The notes below the pieces were generated by a model that saw nothing but the letters and a program-made list of their open reading frames with translations, ran no database searches and was not told where the DNA came from. This document shows positions 35,339-45,474 of a stretch of 64,000 nucleotides of DNA, in pieces. Location: contig JAVZCZ010000001.1 in the NCBI GenBank assembly GCA_038874135.1, positions 751,219 through 815,218 of the forward strand, written 5' to 3'. Source of the DNA: Candidatus Woesearchaeota archaeon (GTDB taxonomy: Archaea; Nanobdellota; Nanobdellia; Woesearchaeales; 0-14-0-80-44-23). The position numbers and the translations under genes are program-made. Positions within the stretch are counted from its first letter, which is position 1. Each line of letters opens with the position of its first letter.

Positions 35339-37869
35339 TTTATTCCGTTCAATATTTTCAGCATTTCTTCCTTATTTCTTGCTTTTCTTAATCTTGCCGC
35401 TAAATTCCTATCCCTAATCTCGTCCCTTATCCAATCTGCAAGATCGTTCCTTTCAAAATTGACATGGTAGTTGAAAGTGTCAGAGTCGGCATATTTAATC
35501 TCCCTTTTGAGTTCTTCTATACTTCTAACAACTCTCCCATTGTAAAGATGCAGGGGATTTATTTTAAGTCCGCATTCACTTTTGGGCTGATTTGAGCTTT
35601 TCAATTCTTTTTCTTCTCCACTCTTAACTTGGCTTCTTATTTCTTCTAACCTTTTTATTCTACTTCTCAACTCTTCAGCTTCCTCTGGAGAAAGATCTCT
35701 TGGATCTATGCTTTTTAACTCTTCAAGCACAGAATCAACATTCTGTACATCTTCTTTTTCTTCCAGCAAGCCTTCTTCTCCGCTGAATTCATCTTCATAA
35801 AAAGTTTCCTTTCCCATTCTGAAATAATAAAATGCAAGAGCCGTCACAATAAAAACACCCATCACTATTCCAACATATTTTGAACTGCTTCTTAAAGTTT
35901 CAAAAACAGAATATCCGCTTATATTGTTTTTTTCATAAGTCGGCTTTTTAAGTAGGACTGATTTTATACTTCCCAAATCGCTTTCTGATACTTTAGAGTT
36001 TACTACGAACTTGATAACATTTTCTTTTCCATTTGTGGGGAAGCCTATTATAGGGTCACTTTGGATTATTGTGTAGCCCTTGCTTATGAAGCGAAGTTTA
36101 GATACATCTTCTGCAATGTTTTTCGGAATCAGCATTACAATTGAGGAGTTGTTTTCTTCCTTATCTAAAATGAGTTTATCTTCAATAAATGTGATATGCT
36201 CAGTGGAGCCCTCATATATTATGCTTACAAGCCTTCCGGAAATCAACTGCTTAACTCCTTCCTGTTCAGAGCTGACCTTCTTTATATAGTCTAAGTCTCC
36301 AGAATTTTGCGGGTAAGTCTTTGAAATGGCAGACACCACATCTTCGTTGTTTGCCCTTACTTCAACTTCTGAGTAGTTCGTTAATTCTAAACTTAGAGGA
36401 ACAGCACTTAGCAGCGATCTTAATGCTATCTTCTGCCTTGAAACCTCAGAAAGTATGTCTTCATCTTTTGAAGTGCTCGTTCTTAACCCTTTCAATTCTG
36501 AGATTACTCCTTCAAGTCTCATCAATGAGTTTTGCGCCTCTTCTAATAAGCCGGTTGCATCCAGAATTTCTGAAGGGATTTCTTGCATTTTTTGGATTCT
36601 CTTCTGAATTTCCACCTTAGCAGCTTCTGCAGAGCTTATCGCTTCGCCTATACTCCTTATTGTTTGCGGGGAAAGTTCAGAATCAACATCACTTTTAACA
36701 GCTATCGCACTTACCTCATTAGAAAGCCCGCCTTCATTTCCAGCCAGGTCAACTGCTGATACTGCGTAGTAATATGTTTTTCCTTCCGCTACATTTCTAT
36801 CAACATAATATGTTTCACTAGTCTTATCGTAGTAATCCAGATAGCTTACTCCAGTTGAAGAGCTTCTATATATTCTAAATTCTGATATGTTATCCCCTTC
36901 AAATCTTATACTTAAATTTATCTTACCATCTTTTTGAGATGAAGCGCTTAGGATTGGCGCTTCAGGTGCTACTGTATCTATTATGAAAAGTTTTCCAGAA
37001 GTTATTAGGTCCCCACTTGTGCCATAGTAATCAGTACCCCTGAATGAAAAAGAGCCTATCTTGTTTCCCATACCCTTATCAATTATGAGATACCCGCGCC
37101 AAACCCTTCCAGAACCGACTAGGTCTATACTTTTTATGTTATCATCCACCTTATATGTTAATATTGGCGTTGGTACTAATTCAGTTGAAGCTGTTAGAGT
37201 AACCTCATACAGCCCATCCTTCAATGGTGGATTTTTTGAGAGCGAAATCTGAGCATAGACTGGACTTCTCACATAAAAGTTTATAACTTGTTCAACCTTG
37301 TTTCCAACAGAATCAAAACATCTTATCAGGTATGACTTTGGGCCTTGAGATAGTCCTGAGAGGATAGTTTGATGGCTGAAACCATCTGCACTTTCCAGTT
37401 GCCTTTTTACTCCTGAAGATTCGTAGGAACAGTTAGCCCTTTCATTAGTCGCAACGAACATCATAACATAATCTGTGCTTATTGAGCCAGAAGGCCCGCT
37501 TCCCACTATTAAGGGGGGTGTAGTGTCTACTGTAAAATTAATTAGAATCGGAGTGCTGCTCTCATTGTTTAAGTTGGTGCAGACGGCATAGAATTCATAG
37601 TAATCGTCTTCCAAGCTTAGGTTCAGCCAGTGTTCTGTGTCGTTACCCTGCATAAGATTTTCCATCTGTGAATATGTAACATTGTTTTCTGATATTCTGC
37701 AGAGAGCACTCTCGTTTGTTATTGTGAGAAGATTAACATTTTTATTATTGGTGTCTGCTGTTGGTGCATATGCAACTATCTTTGGAGCGGCAAGAGTGGA
37801 TGTTGCACACGCTATTGTGATAATCAGGATTATTATGTTCTCCTTCCACGAGATGTGATAATTTTTCAT
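35335..37869 (-). CDS. Large surface protein (844 aa) with Ig-like and FN3 modules, a TM, and a cytoplasmic tail carrying the shared C-terminal module.
   Basis: The signal is IIILIITIACATSTLAA. 'FRIYRSSSTGVSYLDYYDKTSETYYVDRNVAEGKTYYYAVSAVDLAGNEG' is FN3. The TM is YVGIVMGVFIVTALAFYYF. The C-terminus 'DTFNYHVNFERNDLADWIRD' matches the 164-aa ORF. Confidence 0.75.
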   Translation of the reverse strand: MKNYHISWKENIIILIITIACATSTLAAPKIVAYAPTADTNNKNVNLLTITNESALCRISENNVTYSQMENLMQGNDTEHWLNLSLEDDYYEFYAVCTNLNNESSTPILINFTVDTTPPLIVGSGPSGSISTDYVMMFVATNERANCSYESSGVKRQLESADGFSHQTILSGLSQGPKSYLIRCFDSVGNKVEQVINFYVRSPVYAQISLSKNPPLKDGLYEVTLTASTELVPTPILTYKVDDNIKSIDLVGSGRVWRGYLIIDKGMGNKIGSFSFRGTDYYGTSGDLITSGKLFIIDTVAPEAPILSASSQKDGKINLSIRFEGDNISEFRIYRSSSTGVSYLDYYDKTSETYYVDRNVAEGKTYYYAVSAVDLAGNEGGLSNEVSAIAVKSDVDSELSPQTIRSIGEAISSAEAAKVEIQKRIQKMQEIPSEILDATGLLEEAQNSLMRLEGVISELKGLRTSTSKDEDILSEVSRQKIALRSLLSAVPLSLELTNYSEVEVRANNEDVVSAISKTYPQNSGDLDYIKKVSSEQEGVKQLISGRLVSIIYEGSTEHITFIEDKLILDKEENNSSIVMLIPKNIAEDVSKLRFISKGYTIIQSDPIIGFPTNGKENVIKFVVNSKVSESDLGSIKSVLLKKPTYEKNNISGYSVFETLRSSSKYVGIVMGVFIVTALAFYYFRMGKETFYEDEFSGEEGLLEEKEDVQNVDSVLEELKSIDPRDLSPEEAEELRSRIKRLEEIRSQVKSGEEKELKSSNQPKSECGLKINPLHLYNGRVVRSIEELKREIKYADSDTFNYHVNFERNDLADWIRDEIRDRNLAARLRKARNKEEMLKILNGIK

Positions 37870-37870
37870 G

Positions 37871-38026
37871 TTAAAGCTTTATCTTTGAGACAAGGTTGTT
37901 GTCTCTTTTTACTGCCTCTTCAATTGCCTTTTGCAGGTATTCTTTTAGGGTTGTGTTCTTGAGAAAGGCGATGACCTTAGCTTTTGTGTGCAGGTCCTCG
38001 CTTAGGTCTAGATTTATCTTTTTCAT
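37871..38026 (-). CDS. Small (51 aa) ribbon-helix-helix-like protein heading the minus-strand surface-protein operon. It is below the ORF-track size cutoff.
   Basis: My manual translation is MKKINLDLSEDLHTKAKVIAFLKNTTLKEYLQKAIEEAVKRDNNLVSKIKL. The pattern is a short beta-strand (INLDL) followed by two helices. The stop lies 1 nt before the 844-aa gene's start codon. Confidence 0.55.
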   Translation of the reverse strand: MKKINLDLSEDLHTKAKVIAFLKNTTLKEYLQKAIEEAVKRDNNLVSKIKL

Positions 38027-38191
38027 TTTCAGCCGCTCCTCGGAAATTCCCGAATTACTTTAATTACTTCAATTGTTAAAAGAATTTAAATAGTTTTCTA
38101 TATTAAAATTATAAAAGTTATAAAAATTATTTAACTAATCTTAACAACTTAAACTATAAAAATAATATATATAAGAATTGAAAATGGTTTT

Positions 38192-39928
38192 TTAGTAAGC
38201 GTATTCTTCTTTCTTCTTCCTTCTCTTAAAGAAGGCTATCACTATCAACACTATCAGTACCGCTATTGCAATGGGAAGCCCATAGGTTGTAGCATAATAC
38301 ACATAATCAAATCCTGCTTCTTTCATTGGGAACTTGGCTGTCTTAAACTTCACTAGAGCATCTTGCCGCTCTCCGTAGTAAGCATTAACTGTTATCTGAG
38401 AATTTTCATTTATGTCACCTTCAGTAAGCTTCTCAGGTGCGTAAACCTCTATCTTTCTCTTTTCTCCAGGCAGCAGTGCAAAGGCGCCTTTTGAGGAGAT
38501 CGTAGTGGGTATTCCATTAATTATTACATCCGGAAGCTCTACACTCACATAAGCCTTAACCCTTCCAATGTTCTCTATCTCAACCAGGAATGCACCCGTT
38601 CGCGCATTATACTCTAAGTTGGTTATGTTGATATCTGAGTTGTCCATAACTTCAATTACTGATATTACAACTGTTGCCTGAAGCACTTTTTCCAATGACT
38701 TTTTAGACTCGCCATACAGCGTGTAAAGGCTAGCACTTATATTTCCCTGCAATCTTTCAGAAACTGGATATGTCACTGTCTTCTTTGAATTCCCATCTAT
38801 AAAGACAGCTTCAGAATCTCCAACACTAACCCTATTGCCATTTTCGTCACTTAGGATGATAGTTCCCTTAAAGTAAGCTGCTTGGGGTTTTGGATTTGAG
38901 TATGTGACCTCTAACCTCTGAGTTGCTCTATTGTAAGTTATCTGAAATAGTTCAAGCTGCAGCTCATATTTGGGAAGATAAAAGAGATCCAGCCCTTCTA
39001 CCTGTGCTATTGCGCCCTGAGGATTTCTAGCTCCTTGAGCAAACTTTACAAACACGCTCAGCCCAAGGTTTCTTCTAAGCGTAGTTGCAGTTCCAACCAG
39101 CTCATTTCCTATGAGGACTGCAAACTTTATACCGCTCTTCTTTACAAACTCGCTTACAACATCTGGAACATTGTTTGAACCTATGAATATTACCGGCTCA
39201 ACCCCGCTCATTATCTCTTTTTCTATGAACTCTCCATTTGTGAATATGACCTGCTTTTTGTCAGATATTGCAAGATATCTCTTTTGTATTTCTATGTTGT
39301 TCTCAAAGCGGTCGCCTTCCTTGTTTATCACTTCAGGATTGTATTTCTGGAAGGTGGAAAGCACGCTCCTATCCACATTTCCATAAATTATTATCTTATC
39401 AACTCTTCGCGAGGATAGAAGAGCATCTACTCTGCCCACATTTCTGCTGTTCACAAATAAGACATACCAGCCGTCCAAAACAGCATATGGTGCCACAGAT
39501 ATGGCATTATAGCCATACGAATCATCTATTATTATAAACTTGGTAATCTGCGGGAGGTTGTTTTTTAGCAAATCTAAGTTTACATCCGAATATGAAAGCT
39601 CTTCTGCATTGAAACCACGCGCCTCAACAATAGCCCTATACCCAACAACATATGGAACTTTTGAGGAGCTGATTATCTGAATGTTCTTCTTATTTGGATC
39701 TATCGTATTCAAAAGAAGAGGGCCCGCCTTGCTGCTTACTAAAAAGCCGTTATCAGCTTTTATCAGGTTGGCGTATAAAAGCGTTGAATAAACATCTCGC
39801 CAGTCCTGCGAATTGGCTATTACATAATCCGGAGTAAGCGCTTGAACCCCCCTTGCTATGAGTATTCCAGCAATAATGAGAATTATTCCAAAAGCCAACC
39901 TGCTCCTCTTCATAAGTTTCCACCCCAA
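38192..39928 (-). CDS. Secreted protein with a C-terminal TM anchor, unknown function.
   Basis: The N-terminal signal-anchor is LAFGIILIIAGILIARGVQA. The C-terminal TM is GLPIAIAVLIVLIVIAFF followed by KRRKKK. I do not recognise a family with confidence. Confidence 0.6.
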   Translation of the reverse strand: MGWKLMKRSRLAFGIILIIAGILIARGVQALTPDYVIANSQDWRDVYSTLLYANLIKADNGFLVSSKAGPLLLNTIDPNKKNIQIISSSKVPYVVGYRAIVEARGFNAEELSYSDVNLDLLKNNLPQITKFIIIDDSYGYNAISVAPYAVLDGWYVLFVNSRNVGRVDALLSSRRVDKIIIYGNVDRSVLSTFQKYNPEVINKEGDRFENNIEIQKRYLAISDKKQVIFTNGEFIEKEIMSGVEPVIFIGSNNVPDVVSEFVKKSGIKFAVLIGNELVGTATTLRRNLGLSVFVKFAQGARNPQGAIAQVEGLDLFYLPKYELQLELFQITYNRATQRLEVTYSNPKPQAAYFKGTIILSDENGNRVSVGDSEAVFIDGNSKKTVTYPVSERLQGNISASLYTLYGESKKSLEKVLQATVVISVIEVMDNSDINITNLEYNARTGAFLVEIENIGRVKAYVSVELPDVIINGIPTTISSKGAFALLPGEKRKIEVYAPEKLTEGDINENSQITVNAYYGERQDALVKFKTAKFPMKEAGFDYVYYATTYGLPIAIAVLIVLIVIAFFKRRKKKEEYAY

Positions 39929-39963
39929 AATGAATACTTTTAAGTATTAATGCGGAGCTTTTT

Positions 39964-41112
39964 TTAAATCTTTTGCCCTATTACCCTCTTGTTTTCAGGC
40001 AAGTCCTCTGAGCAGTAGTAGTCAGCCAGCTGGAATAATGCCTTAAAAATAAATAGGACAGCTAATATGTTGAAAAGCACAATTAATGCTAATGGAATCT
40101 GCATGCTGGCAAGGTCAGCGTTTGAGATGTAGATTGAAATTGCTAGTGCTGCAATGCCTAAATTCTTTACTAAAACACCATCTGAAAGCAGCAATAGTGC
40201 TGATAATAACAGGGGAAACAGCACTCCACCAAGGCGAACTAGCAGGTAAGCAGAGCTGCTGTTGCATGTAACTTTTGTAAAGAAGTGCTCATTTGCGTCT
40301 GAACTAAATATTACTGACTCACAAGAGCAGTTAAGAGCTAAGCCGACCAATCCGTGTCCCAGCTCATGAACTGCTATCGTGCTTGCAAAAAGAAATGTTA
40401 ACATTGAAATCATAAAAAAGAGGTAGTGTACGAATCTAAGAGAATTTTTACTAAGTCCCTCTTCAAATTTTTTTCCTTCACTTCTTTCAGCATCCTTAAA
40501 CTCAACTAATCCTCCAGAATTTCTAATTAGAACCATGAGTGCAGCGCATAGAAAAATCAAGGGAGCAAACCAGAATTTTCCTACTAAAATTCTTAGTGAA
40601 GAAAACAAAGATATTACGCTGCCCAGCAGCCCGTACAAAGCAATTAAAAGCCAAGCCTCTGAAATCGCCTTATGCGAGCTAGTGTATTTTGGATTATGAG
40701 CAATTCTGAGCATCACTCCCAAGAGCATGAGCAGGAGAAAAGATAGCAGGTTTAGTATGAATAAGAATGATCCGGGAATTATAGCCATTCCAACAGCGGC
40801 CATGCTGAAAATCGTCATAAACAAAATTATCCGCTTGTCTCCAGCAAGCAGGTAAGCTATATAGGATAAGAGTGCTGCTAGGGGAGTGATAAAAGCAGAG
40901 CCTGCTAGGATGAGTTCCAGCTCAGAAGGTTTGACATGGCTGAAAGCCCAGAAAATGTTTAGAACGCCGGAAGCAAGGTAGAATCCTGAGAGAAAGATAA
41001 AACTCCAAACGAGCCTTCTCCCCTCTTCTTTGTTTATCCTTGCAGTGAGAATCCAGCAGAGCAGGGTAGCTAAAAAAAAGAACACCGCATTTACAATAAG
41101 TATTTCTTCCAT
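39964..41112 (-). CDS. Polytopic membrane protein with an HExxH motif, a putative intramembrane zinc metalloprotease.
   Basis: There are multiple hydrophobic helices, and 'AVHELGHGLVG' is HExxH. The ORF track extends to 41187, but the ATG at 41112 (MEEILIV) lies ~28 nt downstream of a TTTTATAAA element on this strand, which fits a leaderless start. Confidence 0.6.
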   Translation of the reverse strand: MEEILIVNAVFFFLATLLCWILTARINKEEGRRLVWSFIFLSGFYLASGVLNIFWAFSHVKPSELELILAGSAFITPLAALLSYIAYLLAGDKRIILFMTIFSMAAVGMAIIPGSFLFILNLLSFLLLMLLGVMLRIAHNPKYTSSHKAISEAWLLIALYGLLGSVISLFSSLRILVGKFWFAPLIFLCAALMVLIRNSGGLVEFKDAERSEGKKFEEGLSKNSLRFVHYLFFMISMLTFLFASTIAVHELGHGLVGLALNCSCESVIFSSDANEHFFTKVTCNSSSAYLLVRLGGVLFPLLLSALLLLSDGVLVKNLGIAALAISIYISNADLASMQIPLALIVLFNILAVLFIFKALFQLADYYCSEDLPENKRVIGQKI

Positions 41113-41204
41113 AAAATGTATTTGGCACTTGCACTTTATAAAATTGCGCCTCTCAATTTGTTTTAACCTAAAAATATAAAAGAGCACAACTATTTACTTA
41201 GTTT
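41113..41204. promoter_or_regulatory. Compact divergent promoter region with two TATA-like boxes.
   Basis: AAAATATAAAAG at 41171-41182 lies ~28 nt before ATG 41205 on the + strand. TTTTATAAA (minus strand, ~41135-41145) lies ~28 nt before ATG 41112. Both spacings fit leaderless archaeal mRNAs. Confidence 0.45.
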
Positions 41205-42263
41205 ATGAAGAGCAGAGAAGGAGCCTGCTTTATGCGAGCCGAAGTTAGTATAGAAGATCCGGAATTCTACATAAAGCAGGCGTTTTTAAACGCTCGCAAA
41301 GCCCTCTCTCAGAAGGAAAAGAAAAGGAAAAAGTCTAAATCAGGATTCTTCTCAGCTAAGCGGAGATATGCAGATAGGATAACTTTGTTTCAGCAGTTTT
41401 TCAAAGAGCGCTTCTCAGAGATTATAGGAGCATTTCCGGAGTTGTGGCGGCTTTCTCCATTTTATAGAGAGCTTACTAATATAACATTTGGGGTTGACGA
41501 GTTCAAAAACGCGCTCGGCTCGCTCTCCTGGACAATCTCTAAGATTAACGGGCTTTCAAGTCAGTATAGGATTAAGATTTTATCTGCGGACAACTTAGAA
41601 GAAGCTCGCAATTTGATGAGGGAGTATGAAGGGAGAATCTCCTCGCTGCTGAGGGAGTTAAGCCCAGCTCTGAACTTCTTGAGAACTGCTAAGGAAGAAA
41701 TAAGGAATTATCCAATAGTTAGGCAGGACACCTTCACTGTTGCAATAGCTGGCTTTCCAAATGTTGGCAAGTCCACACTTCTCTCAAAACTAACAAAATC
41801 GCGCCCGGACATAGCGCCATACCCATTCACTACTAAATCTCTTCTATTAGGGTATGCCAGCGCCTTTGACTTTGCAAGCTCAGACATTCAGATAATAGAC
41901 ACGCCGGGAACTTTGGACAGGCCTGAGAAGATGAACAGCATAGAAAAGCAGGCATATTCTGCAATGAGAAACCTTGCTAATCTGATAGTTTATGTTTTTG
42001 ACCCAACGCTCCAATACCCTTTACAACTTCAAGAACAGCTCCTTTCAGAGATAACCACCTTCGGAAAGCCGGTGATAATTTACATAAGTAAGACTGACAT
42101 TCAAAGTGAGGAAGTAGTGAGAACTGTTGAAGAAATAAAAAACAAGCACAATTCTTTTACAAATTCAGAAGAGCTGGCTTCAGAACTTAGAAGGATTGCT
42201 AGAGAGTATTACGCTAAGCTTAAGGCTCAAAAGTTTGGAAACAAAAATAAAGGCTCAAACTAA
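41205..42263 (+). CDS. NOG1-family GTP-binding protein.
   Basis: G1 is 'GFPNVGKSTLLSKLT' and G3 is 'DTPG'. The N-terminal helical region is typical of the NOG1 N-domain, and the length (~350 aa) matches archaeal NOG1 homologs. Confidence 0.8.
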   Translation: MKSREGACFMRAEVSIEDPEFYIKQAFLNARKALSQKEKKRKKSKSGFFSAKRRYADRITLFQQFFKERFSEIIGAFPELWRLSPFYRELTNITFGVDEFKNALGSLSWTISKINGLSSQYRIKILSADNLEEARNLMREYEGRISSLLRELSPALNFLRTAKEEIRNYPIVRQDTFTVAIAGFPNVGKSTLLSKLTKSRPDIAPYPFTTKSLLLGYASAFDFASSDIQIIDTPGTLDRPEKMNSIEKQAYSAMRNLANLIVYVFDPTLQYPLQLQEQLLSEITTFGKPVIIYISKTDIQSEEVVRTVEEIKNKHNSFTNSEELASELRRIAREYYAKLKAQKFGNKNKGSN

Positions 42264-42279
42264 TATCTTTTTATAAGGT

Positions 42280-42585
42280 TTACTCATATGCGGTTAACTT
42301 CTTGTTCTTCGCCCTTCTAAGCTTTTCTCTTATTAGGTCAATCTTCTGGCTGCAAGTTGGGCATAGCATTATTATGTTTGAGAACTCATCTTTTCCCCCG
42401 CTGGCAATAGGAATTAGATGAAAGAAGTGGCACTCCTTCAGCCTTACGGGAGTTTTGCAGTTCGCGCATCTTAAGGTTATTTTCTGCTCGTGTCCACACT
42501 CAGAACATCTTATAATACTATTCTCCAGAAACTCTAAGATTACTGAGCGCTTCACCTGCTTGCTCATACTTAGATATACTTGCAC
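42280..42585 (-). CDS. HNH endonuclease-like zinc-finger protein.
   Basis: 'CSECGHE...CANC' together with 'HLIPIASGGKDEFSNIIMLCPTCSQK' gives the H-N-H pattern with flanking Cys pairs. Confidence 0.65.
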   Translation of the reverse strand: MQVYLSMSKQVKRSVILEFLENSIIRCSECGHEQKITLRCANCKTPVRLKECHFFHLIPIASGGKDEFSNIIMLCPTCSQKIDLIREKLRRAKNKKLTAYE

Positions 42586-42591
42586 GCCTGT

Positions 42592-44766
42592 TTAAATCTT
42601 TTTCTCCCCAATAAGCTTTGAACTCTCTTTAGTCCCATTATCTTTTTCATAATATTCCTGCTTAGAAGGGCATTCGGGATTCAGGCAGAACTTCCAAGGC
42701 CTCTTCCCCTTGTTAATTATTAGAACAATTGGCCAGGAGCACTTTTCACACTTCTCTTCGGATGGCTTAACCATTCCCTTCTGCGGAATGCTGAAAGTTG
42801 TCTTGCACTCAGGATAGCGGTCGCAGGCGATAAACCTCTTCCCCGACTTCTTTGAGAATAGTATTTTGAGGTTTCCCTCATTACAGGATGGACACTTTCC
42901 AACAGTGTTCTGACTGTGAATAGTTTTTTCATTCGCATCTTTAAGCTCAGCTCCCATCTCCTTCTCCTGTTTCTTGAACTTCAAAAGCACCTTAGTCAGG
43001 AGCTCTCGCGCTTCTTGAAGGACTTCTTCCCTCTTCTTTTTTCCTTCCATGACAAGGTCTGCTTCGTCTTCAAAATGCCTCGTAAGCTCTACATCCACTA
43101 TCTCCGGACAGTATCTTTCAAGAGTTTTTTCAGTGGTTATGCCAAGCTGAGTTGCCCTTATTGCCTGCCCTTCAATGTAGCCCCTCTTATAAAGCGTTTC
43201 AACAACAGTTGCCCTAGTTGCTTTAGTCCCCAGGTTCTTTGCAGAGAGCTCGCTAACCAGGGAAGCTGGGGAATACCTCTTAGGCGGCTGGGTCTCCTTC
43301 TCCTCAATCCTAATTGAAAGAACCTTAACCTGCTGACCCATCTCCATTTTTGGAAGCTGCGCCTCCTTGATATTAGCGTAAGGAGCATACAATTCCATCC
43401 AGCCCCTCTCACGAATTGAGAGGCCCTCGCATACAAAAGTTTCAGGACCAGATACAATTTCAGCTTTTACCCTCTCTAAAACTGCAGGATTTCCAAATGT
43501 TGCCAGAAATCTCTTAACAATCAGGTCATAAATCTTTTCAGATTCGGAGTCCAGCTTCTTAGGTGCATTTCCCGTGGGATAAATTGCAGGGTGCGCTGGA
43601 TCGGTCTTCTTTCCATTGTTGGGAGTCAGCTTTGCACTTCTTAAATCTTGGAATCCGCGCATTCCAGTAAGCTTCTCAATCAGCACAGCATAATCTCTCT
43701 GCTTTTGCAGGGATGACATTATTTCGTTGAATCCAATACTGAGAGGAAGCTGCTGAGAAGAAGTTCTTGGGTAAGATATAAGCCCCTCAGTGTATAGCGC
43801 CTGTGCAATGTCCAGACACCTTTTAGGATTAATGCCGAAGCACCTATAAGCTTCTACCTGCAGTGTAGTCAGGTCAAATGGGAAAGGTGGGCTCTTAAAA
43901 ACTTCGGAACTTTCAACCCTTGCTACAGAGCACTTGCTCCCAGAAGCGTTCTTTAGAGCAAGCTCAGCCTCTTCCTTATTCCAGAACCTATCATGCTTGT
44001 GCACAGCTTCAAAATTTTCACTTCCGACCCTGCCGTTGAGTATAACCTGCCAATATTTTTTTGGAACGAAACTACTTATCTGCTCCTCCCTGTCTACAAC
44101 TATCTTAAGCGCTGGGCCCTGCACCCTTCCTGAGCTCATCACTTTAAATGTGCCAACACTCTTTATTGCAGATGTGAGAGCTCTTGAAATGTTTATGCCG
44201 TAATAGTAATCCAACTCGTGTCTCAACAGTCCCGCTTCTGCCTGGCCCCAGTCAATTGTTGGGCTCTTGTTCTCATAGGCACGCACCAGATCCTTCTGAG
44301 TAAGTGCAGAGAACTTCATCCTGCAGCCGTCCTTCTGCTTGCAGATGAACCTTAGAACATTTAATCCAATTACTTCACCCTCTATATCGTAATCAGTGGC
44401 AACAGTGAAAAAGCTTGACTTCGCGCTTGCAGCTTCCAAAGCTTTTATGTATTTCTTAGTGTGAGCGCTTTCCTTCTTAATCTTATAAGCAGGAGCCCAC
44501 TCCACTTCAAAAACAGGATACTTCCACTTGTTACCTCCTTTTTCCATAAGCCCAAAGAGGTGGCCCACAGCGCATCCGACTAATATTTTCCTGCCGCCCC
44601 TCTCAATCTCATAATATGGAACGCCTCCCTCAGAAATCCTCTTTACAGTGCCTTCTGCCAGCGCATTAGCTATCCTGGCAGCAACTTTCGGCTTCTCAGT
44701 TATTATCAACTCGTAACCTTCGCCTAAAGCTTTTTCTCCTTCCGATTTTGAAGCCCTTCTAGCCAT
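42592..44766 (-). CDS. topA: DNA topoisomerase I (type IA).
   Basis: The TOPRIM start is 'ELIITEKPKVAARIA' and the acidic motif is 'DYDIEGE'. The active-site region is 'ISYPRTSS'. C-terminal zinc ribbons are 'CPSCNEGNLK...CDRYPECK' and 'CEKCSWP...CLNPEC'. Confidence 0.9.
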   Translation of the reverse strand: MARRASKSEGEKALGEGYELIITEKPKVAARIANALAEGTVKRISEGGVPYYEIERGGRKILVGCAVGHLFGLMEKGGNKWKYPVFEVEWAPAYKIKKESAHTKKYIKALEAASAKSSFFTVATDYDIEGEVIGLNVLRFICKQKDGCRMKFSALTQKDLVRAYENKSPTIDWGQAEAGLLRHELDYYYGINISRALTSAIKSVGTFKVMSSGRVQGPALKIVVDREEQISSFVPKKYWQVILNGRVGSENFEAVHKHDRFWNKEEAELALKNASGSKCSVARVESSEVFKSPPFPFDLTTLQVEAYRCFGINPKRCLDIAQALYTEGLISYPRTSSQQLPLSIGFNEIMSSLQKQRDYAVLIEKLTGMRGFQDLRSAKLTPNNGKKTDPAHPAIYPTGNAPKKLDSESEKIYDLIVKRFLATFGNPAVLERVKAEIVSGPETFVCEGLSIRERGWMELYAPYANIKEAQLPKMEMGQQVKVLSIRIEEKETQPPKRYSPASLVSELSAKNLGTKATRATVVETLYKRGYIEGQAIRATQLGITTEKTLERYCPEIVDVELTRHFEDEADLVMEGKKKREEVLQEARELLTKVLLKFKKQEKEMGAELKDANEKTIHSQNTVGKCPSCNEGNLKILFSKKSGKRFIACDRYPECKTTFSIPQKGMVKPSEEKCEKCSWPIVLIINKGKRPWKFCLNPECPSKQEYYEKDNGTKESSKLIGEKKI

Positions 44767-44875
44767 ACTAAAACAAACCCTTACAAATTTAAACCACAGC
44801 AGGAAGCATATAAAAAGCTTGCGAAAGAAAATTTACGCCGAATCATAATAACATGACAACATCCTTTGCGAAAGC

Positions 44876-44883
44876 TTTAAAAA
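44876..44883 (+). promoter_or_regulatory. TATA-like box TTTAAAAA upstream of L10e.
   Basis: Its centre is ~26 nt upstream of ATG 44906, which fits a leaderless transcript. Confidence 0.4.
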
Positions 44884-44905
44884 TGAATGGGGGCTTCCCA
44901 CCTGT

Positions 44906-45430
44906 ATGGCGAAGCTAAGAAAGGGAAGGGCTTACAGGAAGCTGAAGAGGCCTTACACCAGAATTTCCAAGTTCAGGAACAAGTCGTTCGTAAGAATGGA
45001 CCCTCACATCAAAGTGATAAGGTTTGTTATGGGGGATCCTAACAAGAAGTTTGAATACACCTTAAACTTGATTGCTAAGTCCTCTCTTCAGATAAGACAG
45101 GAGGCAATTGAAGCTGCAAGGCAGATTGCTAACAGGATTCTTGAAGGAAAACTTGGCAAGACCGGCTTCTTTTTCAGGATAAGAGCTTATCCTCATCAGG
45201 TGTTAAGGGAGAAGCCGATGGCAACCGGGGCAGGTGCAGATAGAACCAGTACGGGAATGGCAGCCCCATTTGGAAAGCCTATAGGTGTTGCAGCGCGCGT
45301 CTTAAAGGGCTCTACGGTCTTTGAAGTCCAAGTGAATGAATCTGATTTGGACATAGCCAAGCACGCTCTCAAAGAGGCTTCTTACAAGTTGCCATTGTCA
45401 TATCAGATAACTGTTCAGAAAAATAATTAA
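44906..45430 (+). CDS. rpl10e: 50S ribosomal protein L10e (uL16).
   Basis: 'AKLRKGRAYRKLKRPYTRISKFRNKSFV' and 'FRIRAYPHQVLREKPMATGAGADR' are characteristic of L10e. Length is 174 aa. Confidence 0.9.
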   Translation: MAKLRKGRAYRKLKRPYTRISKFRNKSFVRMDPHIKVIRFVMGDPNKKFEYTLNLIAKSSLQIRQEAIEAARQIANRILEGKLGKTGFFFRIRAYPHQVLREKPMATGAGADRTSTGMAAPFGKPIGVAARVLKGSTVFEVQVNESDLDIAKHALKEASYKLPLSYQITVQKNN

Positions 45431-45474
45431 AGTTATTCTTTTTTTACACTTCAACATTTTTTAGATGAGGCTTT

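Noticed and set aside
39964-41187. The longest form of the membrane metalloprotease ORF, starting at 41187.
   Set aside because: That start would leave only 17 bp to the divergent NOG1 start. The N-terminal extension (MLFYIFRLKQIERRNFIKCKCQIHF) overlaps the TATA-like elements. I prefer the ATG at 41112.
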